Shown: piece by piece, positions 1-12,566 of the stretch
How positions within the stretch are numbered: the first letter of the stretch is position 1
How the letters are laid out: each line of letters opens with the position of its first letter
Notes under the pieces: generated by a model
The model's input: only the letters and a program-made list of their open reading frames with translations
The model's database searches: none
Told to the model about the DNA's origin: nothing
Assembly: GCA_000934665.2 (NCBI GenBank)
Contig: KZ539111.1
Coordinates: 1 to 37,552 of the forward strand
Direction: 5' to 3'
Origin: Catajapyx aquilonaris
Taxonomy: Eukaryota
DNA length: 37,552 bases
Program-made: the position numbers and the translations under genes

Positions 1-95
1 ATACAAGGAGAAACCTGCTGTCCCCTCTCAAATACCAATACCTTAGTCTTATCTACGTTAATCCTCATACCCCTCTTTTCACAAACATTATCTAA
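1..95 (-). mobile_element. Fragment of a non-LTR retrotransposon (LINE) reverse transcriptase, continuing past the left edge
   Basis: Minus-strand translation LDNVCEKRGMRINVDKTKVLVFERGQQVSPC matches the late RT motif G(L/M)xINxxKTKV(M/L)VF of RTE/CR1/L2-type LINEs. An in-frame stop lies immediately upstream, suggesting 5' truncation or decay. Confidence 0.75.
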
Positions 96-453
96 CTAGC
101 GAGAACCTCTTTTCGGGGTATTGCACAGACTAATCATTATTTTTGTGTTATGGACAGTTACTACAGGCATGTTTGTTTCATTGGAACGCCAGAGTACATA
201 CTATACTTGGGCGTGGGGGAGGGGGAGCCTCCCAAGGGTAGTTTTCGAGTCATTGCGGACCCTCTGAAAATCCAGACCGTTTCTTTTGGCCCTGGGAAGA
301 GAAAGGAGTGCAAGTCTGGTGATACACGTCTGGTGAAAAGCGGAAAAAGATACGACAATTTCGAAGGTGACGTCGAAGGAATTTGAATCCAGGCCTCTCC
401 GCTCTCCGCTCGAACGATTGTCGTCCAATTACAAATGCGATTGGGTAGTATTT

Positions 454-507
454 TGTGATCTAGTAGCATGGGATGATTGTACAATGTCAAATAAGGCTGC
501 TTTTGAG
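454..507 (+). mobile_element. Possible degraded Helitron/Pif1-type helicase remnant
   Basis: CDLVAWDDCTMSNKAAFE resembles the Walker-B region of Helitron helicases (CxLIVWDECTMxHKxAxE). An SAQEF-like string occurs near 658-675. The match is short and surrounded by stops. Confidence 0.35.
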
Positions 508-983
508 GATCAGATTGTGATTCGAAGGAAATTCCGCTTAACATCTTCATGGAAGGACATTAGCAGTGGTACTTCTGCTTCACAGAAGTTGATTAGATGA
601 TTGGGAGTTTCGGGGCCTATTACGTGAAAGTATACGTATATTATCAAATGGGGATCATCTGCTCAGGAGTTTCTGCGAGTCAAACACAAGGCTCTGTAAT
701 AAATAAATACATAACAGAGGGTCTTCCAACGCGGATGTCCCTAGCTCATTGCCCGTAGGGGAGAGATAATCTTTCCTGTATGGAGAAATCTCTGTTGGGT
801 TCTCTCCGTATGCTCGAAAGGTTTCCAAGGTTAGACAAGCTTTCTCTTCTGTCAAAAATTCATCAACTGCTCAGTCGTCCTCAAAATTGTGCAAGCAAAT
901 AAACATCAAAGACACCATGGCCCAAATGTTAATAAAAGGAAGGTTGTCATGAAATTTAATTGCAACATTCGAAAGAAATGATC

Positions 984-989
984 TTTATT
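984..989 (-). terminator. Candidate polyadenylation signal of gene A
   Basis: AATAAA on the minus strand about 210 nt after the stop at 1199. Confidence 0.5.
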
Positions 990-1198
990 TCACATTAATA
1001 AATGTTACAGAAGGTCTACATAATCAAATTCAGTTACTCAATATGGCAAATGAAAGCAGGGGGATTATAATTTTGGTAACACATAAAACGAGGCCTTAAG
1101 TACCGCAATTTTGTTATAAATGATTATTACCAATCGACCTCAATGACATAATACAATTATTCATCTTACTTCAAAGGAACAAATAGTCATAATCTAAA

Positions 1199-3129
1199 TT
1201 AATCATCATCAGTCACCATGTCCATGATTCTAGTCACTAAAGTACTGTAACCACGTTCCTTACCATTGTCATTAGAATCCTCAGAGTTGACAGTACTATA
1301 AGAGGAATCGTCATATTCCTCCTTTTTGTCCAATGATTCATCAGTAATAGTTTCGTTACGTTGGTCAGAAGAGCGACGAACTGTCAACTTTTGTCTCGTA
1401 ATTTCTGTCTTACGAATGACAGTTCTGTCCATTTCTGTATTCTGGCTTTTGTTACTTTCGCGGAATTCTTCATTGTTTTCATGAACTAGAAACTCATCAG
1501 ATTTGGAATCTTCATCATTCACTTCTCCTCCATTTGAATCATCGTCACTCTTACGAATGATTGTTGAACGCTTAGTAGTATTTTTATATTGTCCGCCAGT
1601 CTCGTTTTTGAAACTTCCATCATCGGAGATATTTGATTTGCGTGTAATTATTTTTTCTTTAATAATAAGGCTATTCATCATAGCTACGGCTTCGCCAGAT
1701 GGAGTGTCATATCCATGAAGGTCAAAATCGTCAGAGTCACTGTCAGAAGAGGTCGCAGACTCATCGTCTGAGTTAGTGTCATTGTGATGGTTGGAAGATT
1801 CCTTATTGACTGTTCTATTGATTGATATAATGGTCCTTTCTATCTCTTCAACGGACTCAGAGCTATCACCATCAGAAGTTACATCACCTGATGCTCCGTC
1901 GCGAGATTTGTGAGAGTGCTTCTCGTCGATATCCTCAATTATAATTTTAACAGTCTTCTTTTTCTTCTTCTGATCACCACTTTTTAACATATTTTCAATT
2001 ATATCTTCTAGGCCATCCATAGAATCTTCGAAAATTTCAGAGTCAGAATCTGGAACTTCCTCAGAACTGCATTCCTCGGAGTGAGGAGGGGTGGGAGGAC
2101 GCTTCGAGGTAGTGCGCTTAGGGGGTGTGGTAGTGGTACGTTTGGTAGTACGAGGGGTAGTAGGTTGCGTAACTCGTGTAGTAGGACGTCTAGTGGCAGT
2201 TGTAGTTGTGCGCTTGGTAGGTCTAGTGGTGGAACGTCTACTGGTGGAACGCCTCGTGGTAGGCCGTGAGGTAGTACCTCTCGTGGTGGGCCTGGGACTT
2301 CTGATCGTGCTACGGGTCTGTTCAGAGGTACCAGTTCCCGGTGGAGTAGTAGCAGTAGACTTGGGTGTGGTTTTGGTCTCCTTAGTCGTGCTGGCAGTAT
2401 CTTCGGGTGTAGTTCCGGTTCCCTTTGGAGTGGTGGCAGTAGACTTGGGTGTGGTCTTGGTCTCCTTAGTGGTGCTGCCAGTTTGTTCTTCTGTCGTGCC
2501 AGTTCCCTTTGGAGTGGTGGCAGTACACTTGGGTGTGGTTTTGGTCTCCTTAGTCGTTCTGACAGTATCTTCGGGTGTAGTTCCGGTTCCCTTTGGAGTG
2601 GTGGCAGTAGACTTGGGTGTGGTCTTGGTCTCCTTAGTGGTGCTGCCATTTTGTTCTACTGTCGTGCCAGTTCCCTTTGGAGTGGTGGCAGTAGACTTGG
2701 GTGTGGTTTTGGTCTCCTTAATCGTGCTGGCAGTATGTTCGGGTGTAGTTCCGGTTCCCTTTGGAGTGGTGGCAGTAGACTTGGGTGTGGTTTTGATGTC
2801 CGTAGTCCTGCTGGCAGTGTGTGCTACAGTTGTACTGGATTGAACTGTTGTCACATGAATCGGTGTGGTTGACGTTAAAACGCTACTAGACGTTTGTTTC
2901 TGTGTAAATGCTGACGAAGTGCTTCCAGTTTCACTGCTAGTTGTTGTTTTATTGGCACAATCCTTGTCTTCAACAGGTACAACGCATAACCTTTGGTCAC
3001 AGATATCGTAACAACATTTCAGTGGTTCAGGACAATCGAAATCGCATTCGCATTCGTTTTTCAGTGTCACTTTCAGCTTTTCGCAACCTCTCCCAATCTT
3101 ACTCGGGGGGCTACATTGTCCACTTCTCT
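1199..3129 (-). CDS. Gene A exon 2 (terminal): WAP domain + Thr-rich mucin-like repeats + Arg/Thr block + acidic Asp/Ser/Glu tail
   Basis: Acceptor TTCCTTTCCTTTCTAG|AG at 3130, phase 1, extends the 623-aa ORF to ERSGQCSPPSKIGRGCEKLKVTLKNECECDFDCPEPLKCCYDICDQRLCVVP, which has the WAP cysteine pattern with the DxDC..KCC core. Stop TAA at 1201-1199. Joined to exon 1 the CDS is 1995 nt (664 aa). Confidence 0.9.
2311..2815 (-). repeat. Coding minisatellite: six 84-bp (28-aa) units, consensus TTKETKTTPKSTATTPKGTGTTxExxxS
   Basis: The motif gcagta(g/c)acttgggtgtgg recurs at 2352, 2436, 2520, 2604, 2688 and 2772. Confidence 0.95.
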
Positions 3130-3455
3130 CTAGAAAGGAAAGGAATGGTGCGTTTTTTCAAGCAACATTTATACAACCCTTGATGACATGATTTCATTAA
3201 CTTGGGAAATGTAACGAACTTTATTCGTGCATATTGGGAATATACCCCAATATTCCAATACTGTATACGGTAAATATTTGATTCCCGAAATAACAGACTT
3301 CAAGAGACTATTATGGTCGTGGCTTGATACATCCACTTCTCCACTTTTGCAACCAATGCATTTCTTTTCTATTTACTATAATATGCATGTCGATGCCTAT
3401 AACACACACTACTATAAATTACTAAGTGAAATCCATCAAAATTTGGAAAAAATGT

Positions 3456-3782
3456 TTTCCCGTGATAAGGCGGAGCCTTTTTAGGGGGGTTGCCCTCCAC
3501 CATCAGTTTTCTTTGTATATTGTACTTTTCTTCATTCACCGGTGCAAGGAATCACAGCTATTGGGTAAGGAAAGGGATTTTCGGGGAGGCAACATGGGTG
3601 AAAGTTGAATGTCGTTAAATGGGTCATGTGCAGTTCCCCAGGAGGTTAGGTTGCTAGACACCTCCTTGGTGCAGGTCAGAGACCCTCATGACGCAGGTGA
3701 AAGGAAAGTTCCCCAGGCGGGGATCGAACCTGGGGCCTTTCACTCAGCAAACCGAGACGTTACCATCTCGGCCAAACCCCCA
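3456..3782 (-). mobile_element. tRNA-derived SINE, family 1, copy 1
   Basis: Head has A box TGGCCGAGATGG and B box GGTTCGATCCC. Body is closely similar to 35290-35636. 3' stem-loop tail present. Confidence 0.85.
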
Positions 3783-4179
3783 AATTTGAATATCAACTCA
3801 ACCGAAAATTATGCAGGACAATAAAATTCGTAATATTTTGTGCTGCAGTCTCATAGGCAATATACCAGCAAAGGCTTATTTTCCCATCAAGGGTCCAAGA
3901 AAATAATGGTATGTAATAGCCGACTTGATGTAAAATGAGTCTAGCTGTTAGTTAAGGAGTAAAAATACAAATCTGCAGAGACCGGCCTTTTGCGTTGGTA
4001 TAACAGAAAATCTGTTATAGCCGCGGCTGTAATATATGGATTCAACTATTGCCTACAATATTACCTTCTTATGTAATATACCGTACTCTTAATGTGTTTT
4101 ATTACCTTTATTGTAATCGTCTATTTCTTTTTCAACGCATTCCTATATCAATTTACACAATAAATTATTGACGTATCTA

Positions 4180-4680
4180 CAGGGAGTTTCTGAATGCGAC
4201 TGACAAACTTGTAGGGGTAGTAGAGGGGACTATGACAAATATTTTTCGCCTAGGAACACGTGTCCAGAAACGCCATCTATAGAGGGAATCAATAGACGAG
4301 GAACGCGTGCGCCACACGTGTCAGATGGGAGGCGCTAGCATGAGGGCTGTTTAGCACACGGACAGCAAAAAATGGCGCATTTCTCAATAACCTGGTAACA
4401 ACTGTGCCACAGTCTAGCAACTAAAGCTCGTTTGCTAAGCAGGGAGCGGATAGTAAACAACGCTTGTTGTTACCAGGTTATAGCGAATTACGCCATTGTT
4501 TTCCACCTAGCAACTAAACAGTCCGCATGCTAGCGCCTCCCACCTGACGCGTCTGAGCGCAACCGTTCCTCGTCTATGGATTCCCTCTAGATGGCGTTTC
4601 TGAACACGGATTCCCATGTGAAAAAGATTTGTCTTGGTCCCCTCTATTATCCCTAGTTTGCTGAATTCAGAAACTCCCTG
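4180..4680. mobile_element. Tc1/mariner-type MITE with long imperfect TIRs
   Basis: TA|CAGGGAGTTTCTGAAT...ATTCAGAAACTCCCTG|TA. Inverted similarity extends over 100 bp, with an additional internal inverted segment. Confidence 0.85.
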
Positions 4681-6490
4681 TATACGTAATAGTAAGTTAA
4701 TATATTTATATGGTGTACTTGTATCACACGAGTCAATTTCTTTCACCTACGCATATTATTTTCCACGTTGTATTTTTCGCGTCCTTTAGGCTACCATACT
4801 GTTTTGAACTGAAAGCAAAATAATTCACATTTGTGTCCATTTGTTTGATAGATATCGTTCATTATGGGAACTGGTACTTCATAGAGGTGGAATCGTTATT
4901 ATTTGCTGGGACATCAATTTCGTTCCTCTTTTCGAGTTCATATTTTCAGATTTGTAGCAACTACCTTATGCATAGTTTGAAAAAAATCACCTGCCTACAC
5001 TTTTCTGTGCGTTAAAATGTTTATTATAGGCGATAACGTTAAATGTGAGTATTTTCGGGCTACGCAAGCTTGTTCCCGAAAGAATGTGCGCCAAAATCAA
5101 GGTATAAAATACCCTAGCAGATGTGTATCCTTGTACGCGACCGTACCTTTTTCATTAAAAATTTGGGTGTGATCACGTGATCGTAGATTTTTCAATGCAA
5201 GATACTACCCTTCTGCCCATGAGGTTTAGTACGCTATAGCTTTGGCGATGCAAGTGTCGCACATTACCGCTACATAGGAGTATGTTTGACGTACTGTGTC
5301 TTTTATGCTATTTATCTCGATAACTAAGTTGCGAAGTTCTATTATACTTATATTATTTTATTATTTTACTATGCTAGTCTAGAACCCATCTATACTATGC
5401 CTCAAAGTTTGCGCACTTTATTTTTTCGCACCTTGTACAACTCATTTATGTGTTAAAGTTTAATCCTCCGTTAAACTTAGATTTCTCCGATATAATATGA
5501 ATACTGTTCTTCACAAACTTCATTCGTGAAATAGTCAGTTCTTTATTACATTCTTAAAATTCCACAGGAAATACAGTATATCATTTTCTTCTATTTATTT
5601 TTAAGGCCCAATGCCGTAATATATGAAGAGAACAATATACATAGGAATCACACATATCACATTTTCGCAATAGTTCATTTAAATTTAGGAAATTATGGAA
5701 TCAAATAGGTAATCCTTCATTCTTCCTTGATAATCTTGACTATACATCGTACGGCTGGACCATTTACAATGTAGTATGCCTATTCTTGATTCTCGTGTAC
5801 AATTAAATTCGGGAAATGGGCTTATTTCGTTCTTTCCAGCAATTTCGGGGTATAATTGTGCCTATTTTGGTTCAGCTAAGAAATAATTGTCCTAATATAT
5901 TAGCCTGAAATAAATTTTGCTGATTGATGTCTCTTAAGCTGTCAGTTTTAAGTATGTGAGAGTTTTTAGCCTAGTCGAATGGTAATAAGGCATAATTTAC
6001 AATCCTACATTTCTGATCTATAAGAAGTGCAGTATAATTATGAGGGTGGCTCATATAATCCCTTGGGCTTTTGTCGATTAATAAATAATAATAGGCAATA
6101 TTATTATAAGGACCTCACATTTAAAAGGGAGTTTGTGCTTCTCAAACCAATTATATTATAATGGAAGGCAATTGGTAAAATTAGCATTACATAAATAACT
6201 CAGGGTGTGCCACAGTCAAGGGGAAAAAGTTACTCTCACTATTACCTTGTAGACAATGAGGCACGCTATTGTGGAATTACACTGTATAGTGTATTCATTG
6301 CATTATTGCCGCAAATTGTATACTATACATTTATATCTTGCCAGTGCAAGATGCATGTTATTGCATACTGTATAATATTGCATTAAATTTTACGAGGTAT
6401 CTTCGGAAATTGTAATATCCAAGGTATGACAACTCCCCCTCTTGGTGATTCTCTTATTGTCTTAGAGTCTTAGACTATAGCAGGGGGAAG

Positions 6491-7563
6491 CTTCAGAGTT
6501 TTGGGAGGTGGCTTATATAAGTTGGCAACCATACTTAGCCCCGACGCGCCCCCTGCTGGGTTTTTGTAAGGCCCGATTCACACGGTCGCTTTGGTTGTTC
6601 GCCTTTTCTGCCAGTGACGTCATTCAACAGAGCTGAAAGAGTGGCAACTTTCACGCCGACCCCTCCCGCCCTCCCACCTCCCTGTCAAAAACCTCCCTTT
6701 GCTTGCTGGGTGGGGGAAGGCGGTCGGGAAAGCGCAAGGAAAATAGAGCATGGGCTATTTGGTTGAAGGAACTAACTCCGCCCCTTTCGGCCAGGCCCAA
6801 ATCACCTACTGCGCATGCTCCCAGGACTATTGGAGGCTCGTGTGAATCGGGCCTAAGGAATTTAGAACGTCTGGTGGGGAAATATTTCACCCCTGCAGGG
6901 TAACCAACTACGTTAGCGTAAATACTGTAAACAAACTAATTTCATCCTTGAGGTTTCAATACATAACGCCCATCTCCTTTGAAAATAAGTGTGAAATTCC
7001 CAAAGGTTGGCTGCCCCACATGTAACCAGTGGGGGATGATAGGAGGGAGCCAATCACGGACCGAGAAAAATGGGTCCCCCCTAACACGTGACTTATCGTA
7101 GCTCCGCCCTCCACCTCTTCTTCCTTCTTCCCTCTCAGTAGGGTCTCTGCTTTCGACATGTTCATATCGGGGCTCTGAGCTCTGCCTGCCCCACTGCCCC
7201 ACTCACTGAGGTTCCATTGCTCCCGCTTCGAATTTCAGAGTTCTTTTTCAGAACCGCGGGCATATCCCTACTCAGGTAGTTTCCTTGGCATTTTGCTTGG
7301 CTATTCGTCGCCCTCCCGTCCGCCCCCACTCGCCCCTGAACCCTCAGCTATCAACCAGAACTTGGTATGAGCAGCAGACAAGCAATTTGAAATTTGAGCC
7401 AGATTCCTGAAGGTTTATTATTTACAAGACTGGTAAATAAAAGTGCAAATAAAACTTGTGCGAACCTACTTCCAACCCTATCTAACCCTGATTGGTCGAC
7501 TGGTAGTGGATGGGGGCTAATTATGGTTGCCAAGGACACAAGCCACCTCCCAAAACTCTGAAG
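6491..7563. mobile_element. Non-autonomous TIR DNA transposon (superfamily not assigned) carrying a nested MITE
   Basis: Perfect 24-bp inverted repeat CTTCAGAGTTTTGGGAGGTGGCTT at 6491-6514 and 7540-7563, plus a subterminal TTGGCAACCATAxTTAGCCCC inverted match. No clear TSD. Confidence 0.75.
6570..6853. mobile_element. PIF/Harbinger-type MITE nested in the 6491-7563 element
   Basis: TAA|GGCCCGATTCACACG...CGTGTGAATCGGGCC|TAA: 15-bp TIR and 3-bp TAA TSD. Confidence 0.85.
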
Positions 7564-8231
7564 TTATGTATCGCAATTTGATCGGATATAATGCGCTGGG
7601 TGGAATAATCCTTTTCAAGTTGGATCTAGAAAATGTTAGCTCAGTTTCGGATATTCTGTACGCCTATTATTATGGCGATTTGTTAAGTTAACGGTAGGTT
7701 ATATCGCAGGAACTGACAATCATGTAAATTATGCATGAATCTCGTACGTGTTTGTGGGAATGCCCGATCCCACGGATTATATGCAACTATACTATGTGAT
7801 AGGGGTTCACTTTATCCTAATAAGATACTGCAGTGACACAACTCATGGGATTATTTCCATTGGCAAATTTAGCATGCACATGATTATAATATTCTTAAAA
7901 TCCATTAAATTGTCGCACCAAAATATTAGAAAATATCCACGTTGAAAATCTACAACGAGTTAACTGGCATACATGAAGAAATATCTGCTCTAACTTGAAA
8001 ATACAATAGAGTGCCGTATGCCATATGCCTTATTGATGTCTGCTATACTGTATTTTAGCTATGAAGCAGCGACAGTCACATGAACATGTGATCAGCATGA
8101 TTAAACTATATTATTTTGCACTACAATCACTTCTTATGACCAGACTGGAGTAACAAACTAGCTAACTGTCGAATATGTGTTATCAAGGACCTTCAGTGAC
8201 AAAGTGAGTTGCTGAGAGGTACAGTACATAC

Positions 8232-8295
8232 CTTGCCGAGCCAGTGCAAGTCCTCCGCAGAGAAGTAAGATGATGATAATCAACTTATTCTCCAT
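8232..8295 (-). CDS. Gene A exon 1: signal peptide MENKLIIIILLLCGGLALARQ
   Basis: GCC-ATG-G start context, hydrophobic core with ALA cleavage motif, donor AAG|GTATGT in phase 1 matching the phase-1 acceptor at 3129, upstream TATA box. Confidence 0.85.
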
Positions 8296-8362
8296 GGCTG
8301 CAACTGATGTGATCAGCTGTGATCACCAAGAGACAGTGGAGCCTATTCAAGGGGGAGGGCCC

Positions 8363-8369
8363 TTTTATA
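8363..8369 (-). promoter_or_regulatory. TATA box of gene A
   Basis: CTATAAAAGG on the minus strand about 70 nt upstream of the ATG. Confidence 0.7.
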
Positions 8370-9285
8370 GGCAAGACCCTTTGATTTGATATGCACATCT
8401 CCGATGAAATGCCCAAGTGTTTTCTTCTTGTAAAATAGAAACGAACAGACACGAGCTACAGTACGCATATGAATAAATATTAGGAGTCAATGCACACCTT
8501 TCATCTCATTAATTCAAGCATATCCAGATCCTTTTTGTAAAGGTTCACTTACATTTTCTTTTGACGTATGTAGCGTTAAGCCACGTTTAAATCTTGGTTT
8601 ATAGTTTCACCTTTACAAGGTGAGCGTAGGAAGGTAATGCCCGTGTGTAATAAAGATAATCATTGCAGGAAATGTTAATTTGCATGTAGGCGCCATTTAA
8701 TATAAATCGCCTTTTTGAGGTTCTATATCATGACGCGGTGCCACTTGACAACAACGTCTATGGTATTTGTGAAAACTAGTTCGCTGATTTATTGTGGGAG
8801 TGACGAGAATTGGGTACATTTCCATCATAAAAACATCACTTGTGTAGGCATTAACTGCTTACGTACACATTCATTTACTAAAAGTTATACGGTGGTCAAG
8901 TAACATACATTTTTATCATGGTTGTGAGAGATTAACCACATTTAAACAAGCGGCAGCCATGAATCTATGAATCTATGAATATAATTATATAAAATATATA
9001 ATATATAGTATAATATGCAGGGGTTAAATTTTCGTGTGATATACATTTTTCTAATCAGATTAACACACATGACATAAGATTAAAGTGTAGTAATTATGAA
9101 GGCTATTGCAACATTGTACAGTTTCTCAGTGGCGCGGCGTCCAGTCTTTCCTGCAGGTGTTTTTTCTCAAACCACTATTGAAATCATATAGTGGAAGACC
9201 TTGTGGAAGTATAAAAGGCTAAATAAAATAAGAAAGAGAGGATAGGAAAATAAACAAGCCACTTCTTAAAATTAAATTTGATTAG

Positions 9286-9529
9286 ATACACGGTGATGGG
9301 TCCACTAGGGCCATTTAGGGGATCATCTTTTCAACACCAGACTTGATTAACTGCCTGCACAGTGATGGATTTATATGAGGAAACTGAAAACCCCTGAGAA
9401 AACCCATGCGAACACAGAGAGAGCCCATCGAAACTATTTACCACATGACAAAATCCTTTGTCCAATCCTGGGATAGATCTAGGGACCTCAGAGGTGGAAG
9501 ACTGTGTCAATAACCATACACCAAGTGCC
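9286..9529 (-). mobile_element. tRNA-derived SINE with V-SINE-like core, family 2, diverged copy
   Basis: Aligns along its length with 20875-21137, including the AAAGATGATCCCCTAA tail. Confidence 0.75.
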
Positions 9530-11783
9530 AATTTGTGAGGAAAAAACTTTGTGGACAGTAGCTCAGAATCTAGAAAATTAAGTACTGTAGTTCTCTTTAC
9601 GGCTCGAGAGAGAAACTCACAATTGAACTTCCCAAGACAACTTTGTCAGGTGACTGTGAATACACAGAGCTGATATGAATGGGAGACAGGGTATTACATA
9701 ATTAAGCAAAAATGTAGGGGCACAAAATTACTTGCGCGCCATGATAAGGATGTAGGCTACTCTGCACAACAACAACTTAGTCTGCATCATTACAACTCTG
9801 CAGTCATCATAATCTTGCACTTTGGTTCATATCGATCGTACACAATTTTGTGTCTCTACCTGTTAATTTTGTTTTGTGATCACGAACCCATAACATCATG
9901 TTTGGAATATCTAAGAAGTTATTTGTGGCGCACCAGTTCTATGCATTTGTTGACCTCTTGAGGCAATTAATGGCACATTTTTAATTGAGGTTTGGCACGA
10001 TAAGGAATCAAGGACATGCTGATTATTTGCGAATTGTCACTACCAGAATGATATAAAAGCTATTCGCCCCTACCCAACAGAATCTTGTAGGATGTTGGAA
10101 ATCACATGTAACCAGACGCATACAGTAATATATTCTTTATGCATATCTAAAATAAAGATTAGACCCGTAATTAAATTTGCAGTTTTAATCACTTATGCCT
10201 AAGTTGTCATCATAAATAGATAGGCAGGCGAATATTTTTAACAGTCGCATGGATTCAAGCGAAACTATACTGTCAAAATAGCAAGAGCGCATTCAACGGA
10301 AATAACGCCTGAGCGAAAACCAAAGACTGAAATGTAGAGGGGCAAAATTGCGTAGGAGTAGCCAACATCCCCAATCAAGCAGGTGACTATTTGTGCAATA
10401 TATAGCGCGAGAGTAACTGATTGTGATGATAAGTAAGAAAGTAGGTTTCCGTCGCTGGAACCAACTTTTGTGCCTCTACCGTTTCCTCTTCTTTGCATCT
10501 CTGGCACCCGTTTCTTTCAACATTGTTCTCTACATTTGGACGGTCGTGGCCTACACAGACATCATTAAATGAGTGTTGGCTTTTTGATGGTCGCACTTAT
10601 ATAGGCTCGTAACCAAGCTATAGTAACGAACAGTTCAACATATAGTAGCTACTATTCGTCATTAATTTATTATAACTTATATAGACTATGCATGCATTCA
10701 TTCACATTATTGACAAGTCTTGCCCCATTTCTTACAGACTCATCTCGAGCGCTCTTCGCATACGGTACAGTAGTAGTTAGTTCATACATGCTTTCTCTAA
10801 ACAAAAATAATCATACGGTGTAGCATGTTGGGCGAAAAGCCATGTAATGTGAGAGACCTTAACCAACCAGTAGTTTTGAACTGAATATTTACTGACTTAT
10901 CGTATTTTACAAATAAACTATTTCAAATAAAATGTCTAGTCAATCATTCCTCTTTTTTAATGGCGGAATTATACACCAAAATGAAGGGGTGTAAATGCTG
11001 TGCTGCCATCCTACCGCAAAAAATGCACAAATTCTAATCGCGATAATTATACGACATCGTAGTTGTTTGGGACAGACATCTCTATAGGAAGGACCACCAT
11101 AATTATGGCAATGTGCCTTGCAATGTGCATTTGTGTCTTTTTTCGGTAGGGCAGCAGTATAGGTCAAAATATTTCAAAGCCTCCTCTGACCAGTCCCACA
11201 CATGCACATCTAATATTAATCTATATTGATATCAATGTTTAAAATATTTCCAAAATGAACTTTGGAACTCCAATATACCTTCAGGATTCAGAAATGTTGT
11301 ATTTTTTATAGAGTTTTGGACCTCCTCTGTAACATTCCTCCTTCGCTTCGTATACGTTCGTAGGCACATTAATGTACTATGGTAATTTATTAAGCTTTGT
11401 ACAAAATTCACACCAAAAGGAGGTCATATGCCGTGTTTCGTATATTACTGTATGCTCTATCACATGGTTTCGCAAGGCAAGAGAGGTCGAAAAACATCTG
11501 TTTGGGTGTACGTGGTGTTGCTGCTCCAGTTGTACTGTACAAATTGAACTGGCAACTACGTAACACGAAGGGAGCTCGTGATAGCATCAGGTAGGCTCTA
11601 CATGATACAGTATGCTCTGTACTGTACATTACGTTCCTTCTTTAGTATAATTATTATCACACTGTACTATATCGCTCAAAAATATAGAGACGATTTTGAA
11701 TTTGATTCAAGTGCATAGACATGTGCAACAAATCACAAGAGATTTTTTAAAGCGGTATTCCATCAATATTATTGGGGATGTAT

Positions 11784-12142
11784 TATTATTATTATTATTA
11801 TTTTTTTTTTTTCATTACCCCACGGGGGGAGTTACATACTCCTTAGGGGGGGTGGGTTACCACCTTTGGAAATTTGTGTTGGAGCGGGTTTAAGAATAAT
11901 CTTAATTAGTATGCTCCAAGGGTGGGTGGGAGGGGATGTGCAAAGTGCAAGTGCAATGTCTCTAATCGTCATTTTGTGAACTCCCCCGGGTGGCTTAGTC
12001 TGTCGGAAATTGCCACCCGAAACGAAGCCGGAGATGGCCCAACTCTGCACGAAAGAAGGTGGGAACCCCGGGTGGGGATTGAACCCGGGACCTTAACTTC
12101 CGTGGGCGCGCGCGTTACCGCGGCGCCACTCCGTCTCCCCGT
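11784..12142 (-). mobile_element. tRNA-derived SINE, family 3, copy 1, with TSD
   Basis: A and B boxes (TGGCGCCGCGG, GGTTCAATCCC), A/(TAA)n tail, 17-bp TSD TATTATTGGGGATGTAT at 11767-11783 and 12143-12159. Second copy at 30243-30616. Confidence 0.9.
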
Positions 12143-12352
12143 TATTATTGGGGATGTATGTATATGTCTACGCAGGGTTCCCGAAATTTATAGCTTTCAC
12201 AATCAGTTTTACACGTTTAAAGATATAGATTGTTTGAACTGCAGTGCATAGGCATACTTTTCTTCGTATTAAAAGGCAGCAGTAATCAAAGCAGAAAAAC
12301 AAAATAATGGGCGCAAACATAGCAAATAACCAATTTCACCCCCCCCCCCCCC

Positions 12353-12566
12353 NNNNNNNNNNNNNNNNNNNNNNNNNNNNNNNNNNNNNNNNNNNNNNNN
12401 NNNNNNNNNNNNNNNNNNNNNNNNNNNNNNNNNNNNNNNNNNNNNNNNNNNNNNNNNNNNNNNNNNNNNNNNNNNNNNNNNNNNNNNNNNNNNNNNNNNN
12501 NNNNNNNNNNNNNNNNNNNNNNNNNNNNNNNNNNNNNNNNNNNNNNNNNNNNNNNNNNNNNNNNNN
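12353..12566. other. Assembly gap (N run) between a poly-C tract and a (TA)n tract
   Basis: 214 N characters. Confidence 0.99.

Noticed and set aside
2311..2815. Regularly spaced repeats resembling a CRISPR array
   Set aside because: The units are contiguous, in-frame 84-bp coding repeats without unique spacers, in an intron-containing eukaryotic gene with no cas genes.
2008..2872. Overlapping ORFs of 213, 250 and 129 aa across the repeat region
   Set aside because: They are alternate-frame or antisense shadows of the stop-poor Thr-rich repeats of gene A.
6246..6265. Possible 20-nt AG/GT-bounded microexon in gene A intron 1
   Set aside because: Not a multiple of three, so it would frameshift the WAP exon, and the polypyrimidine tract is weak.
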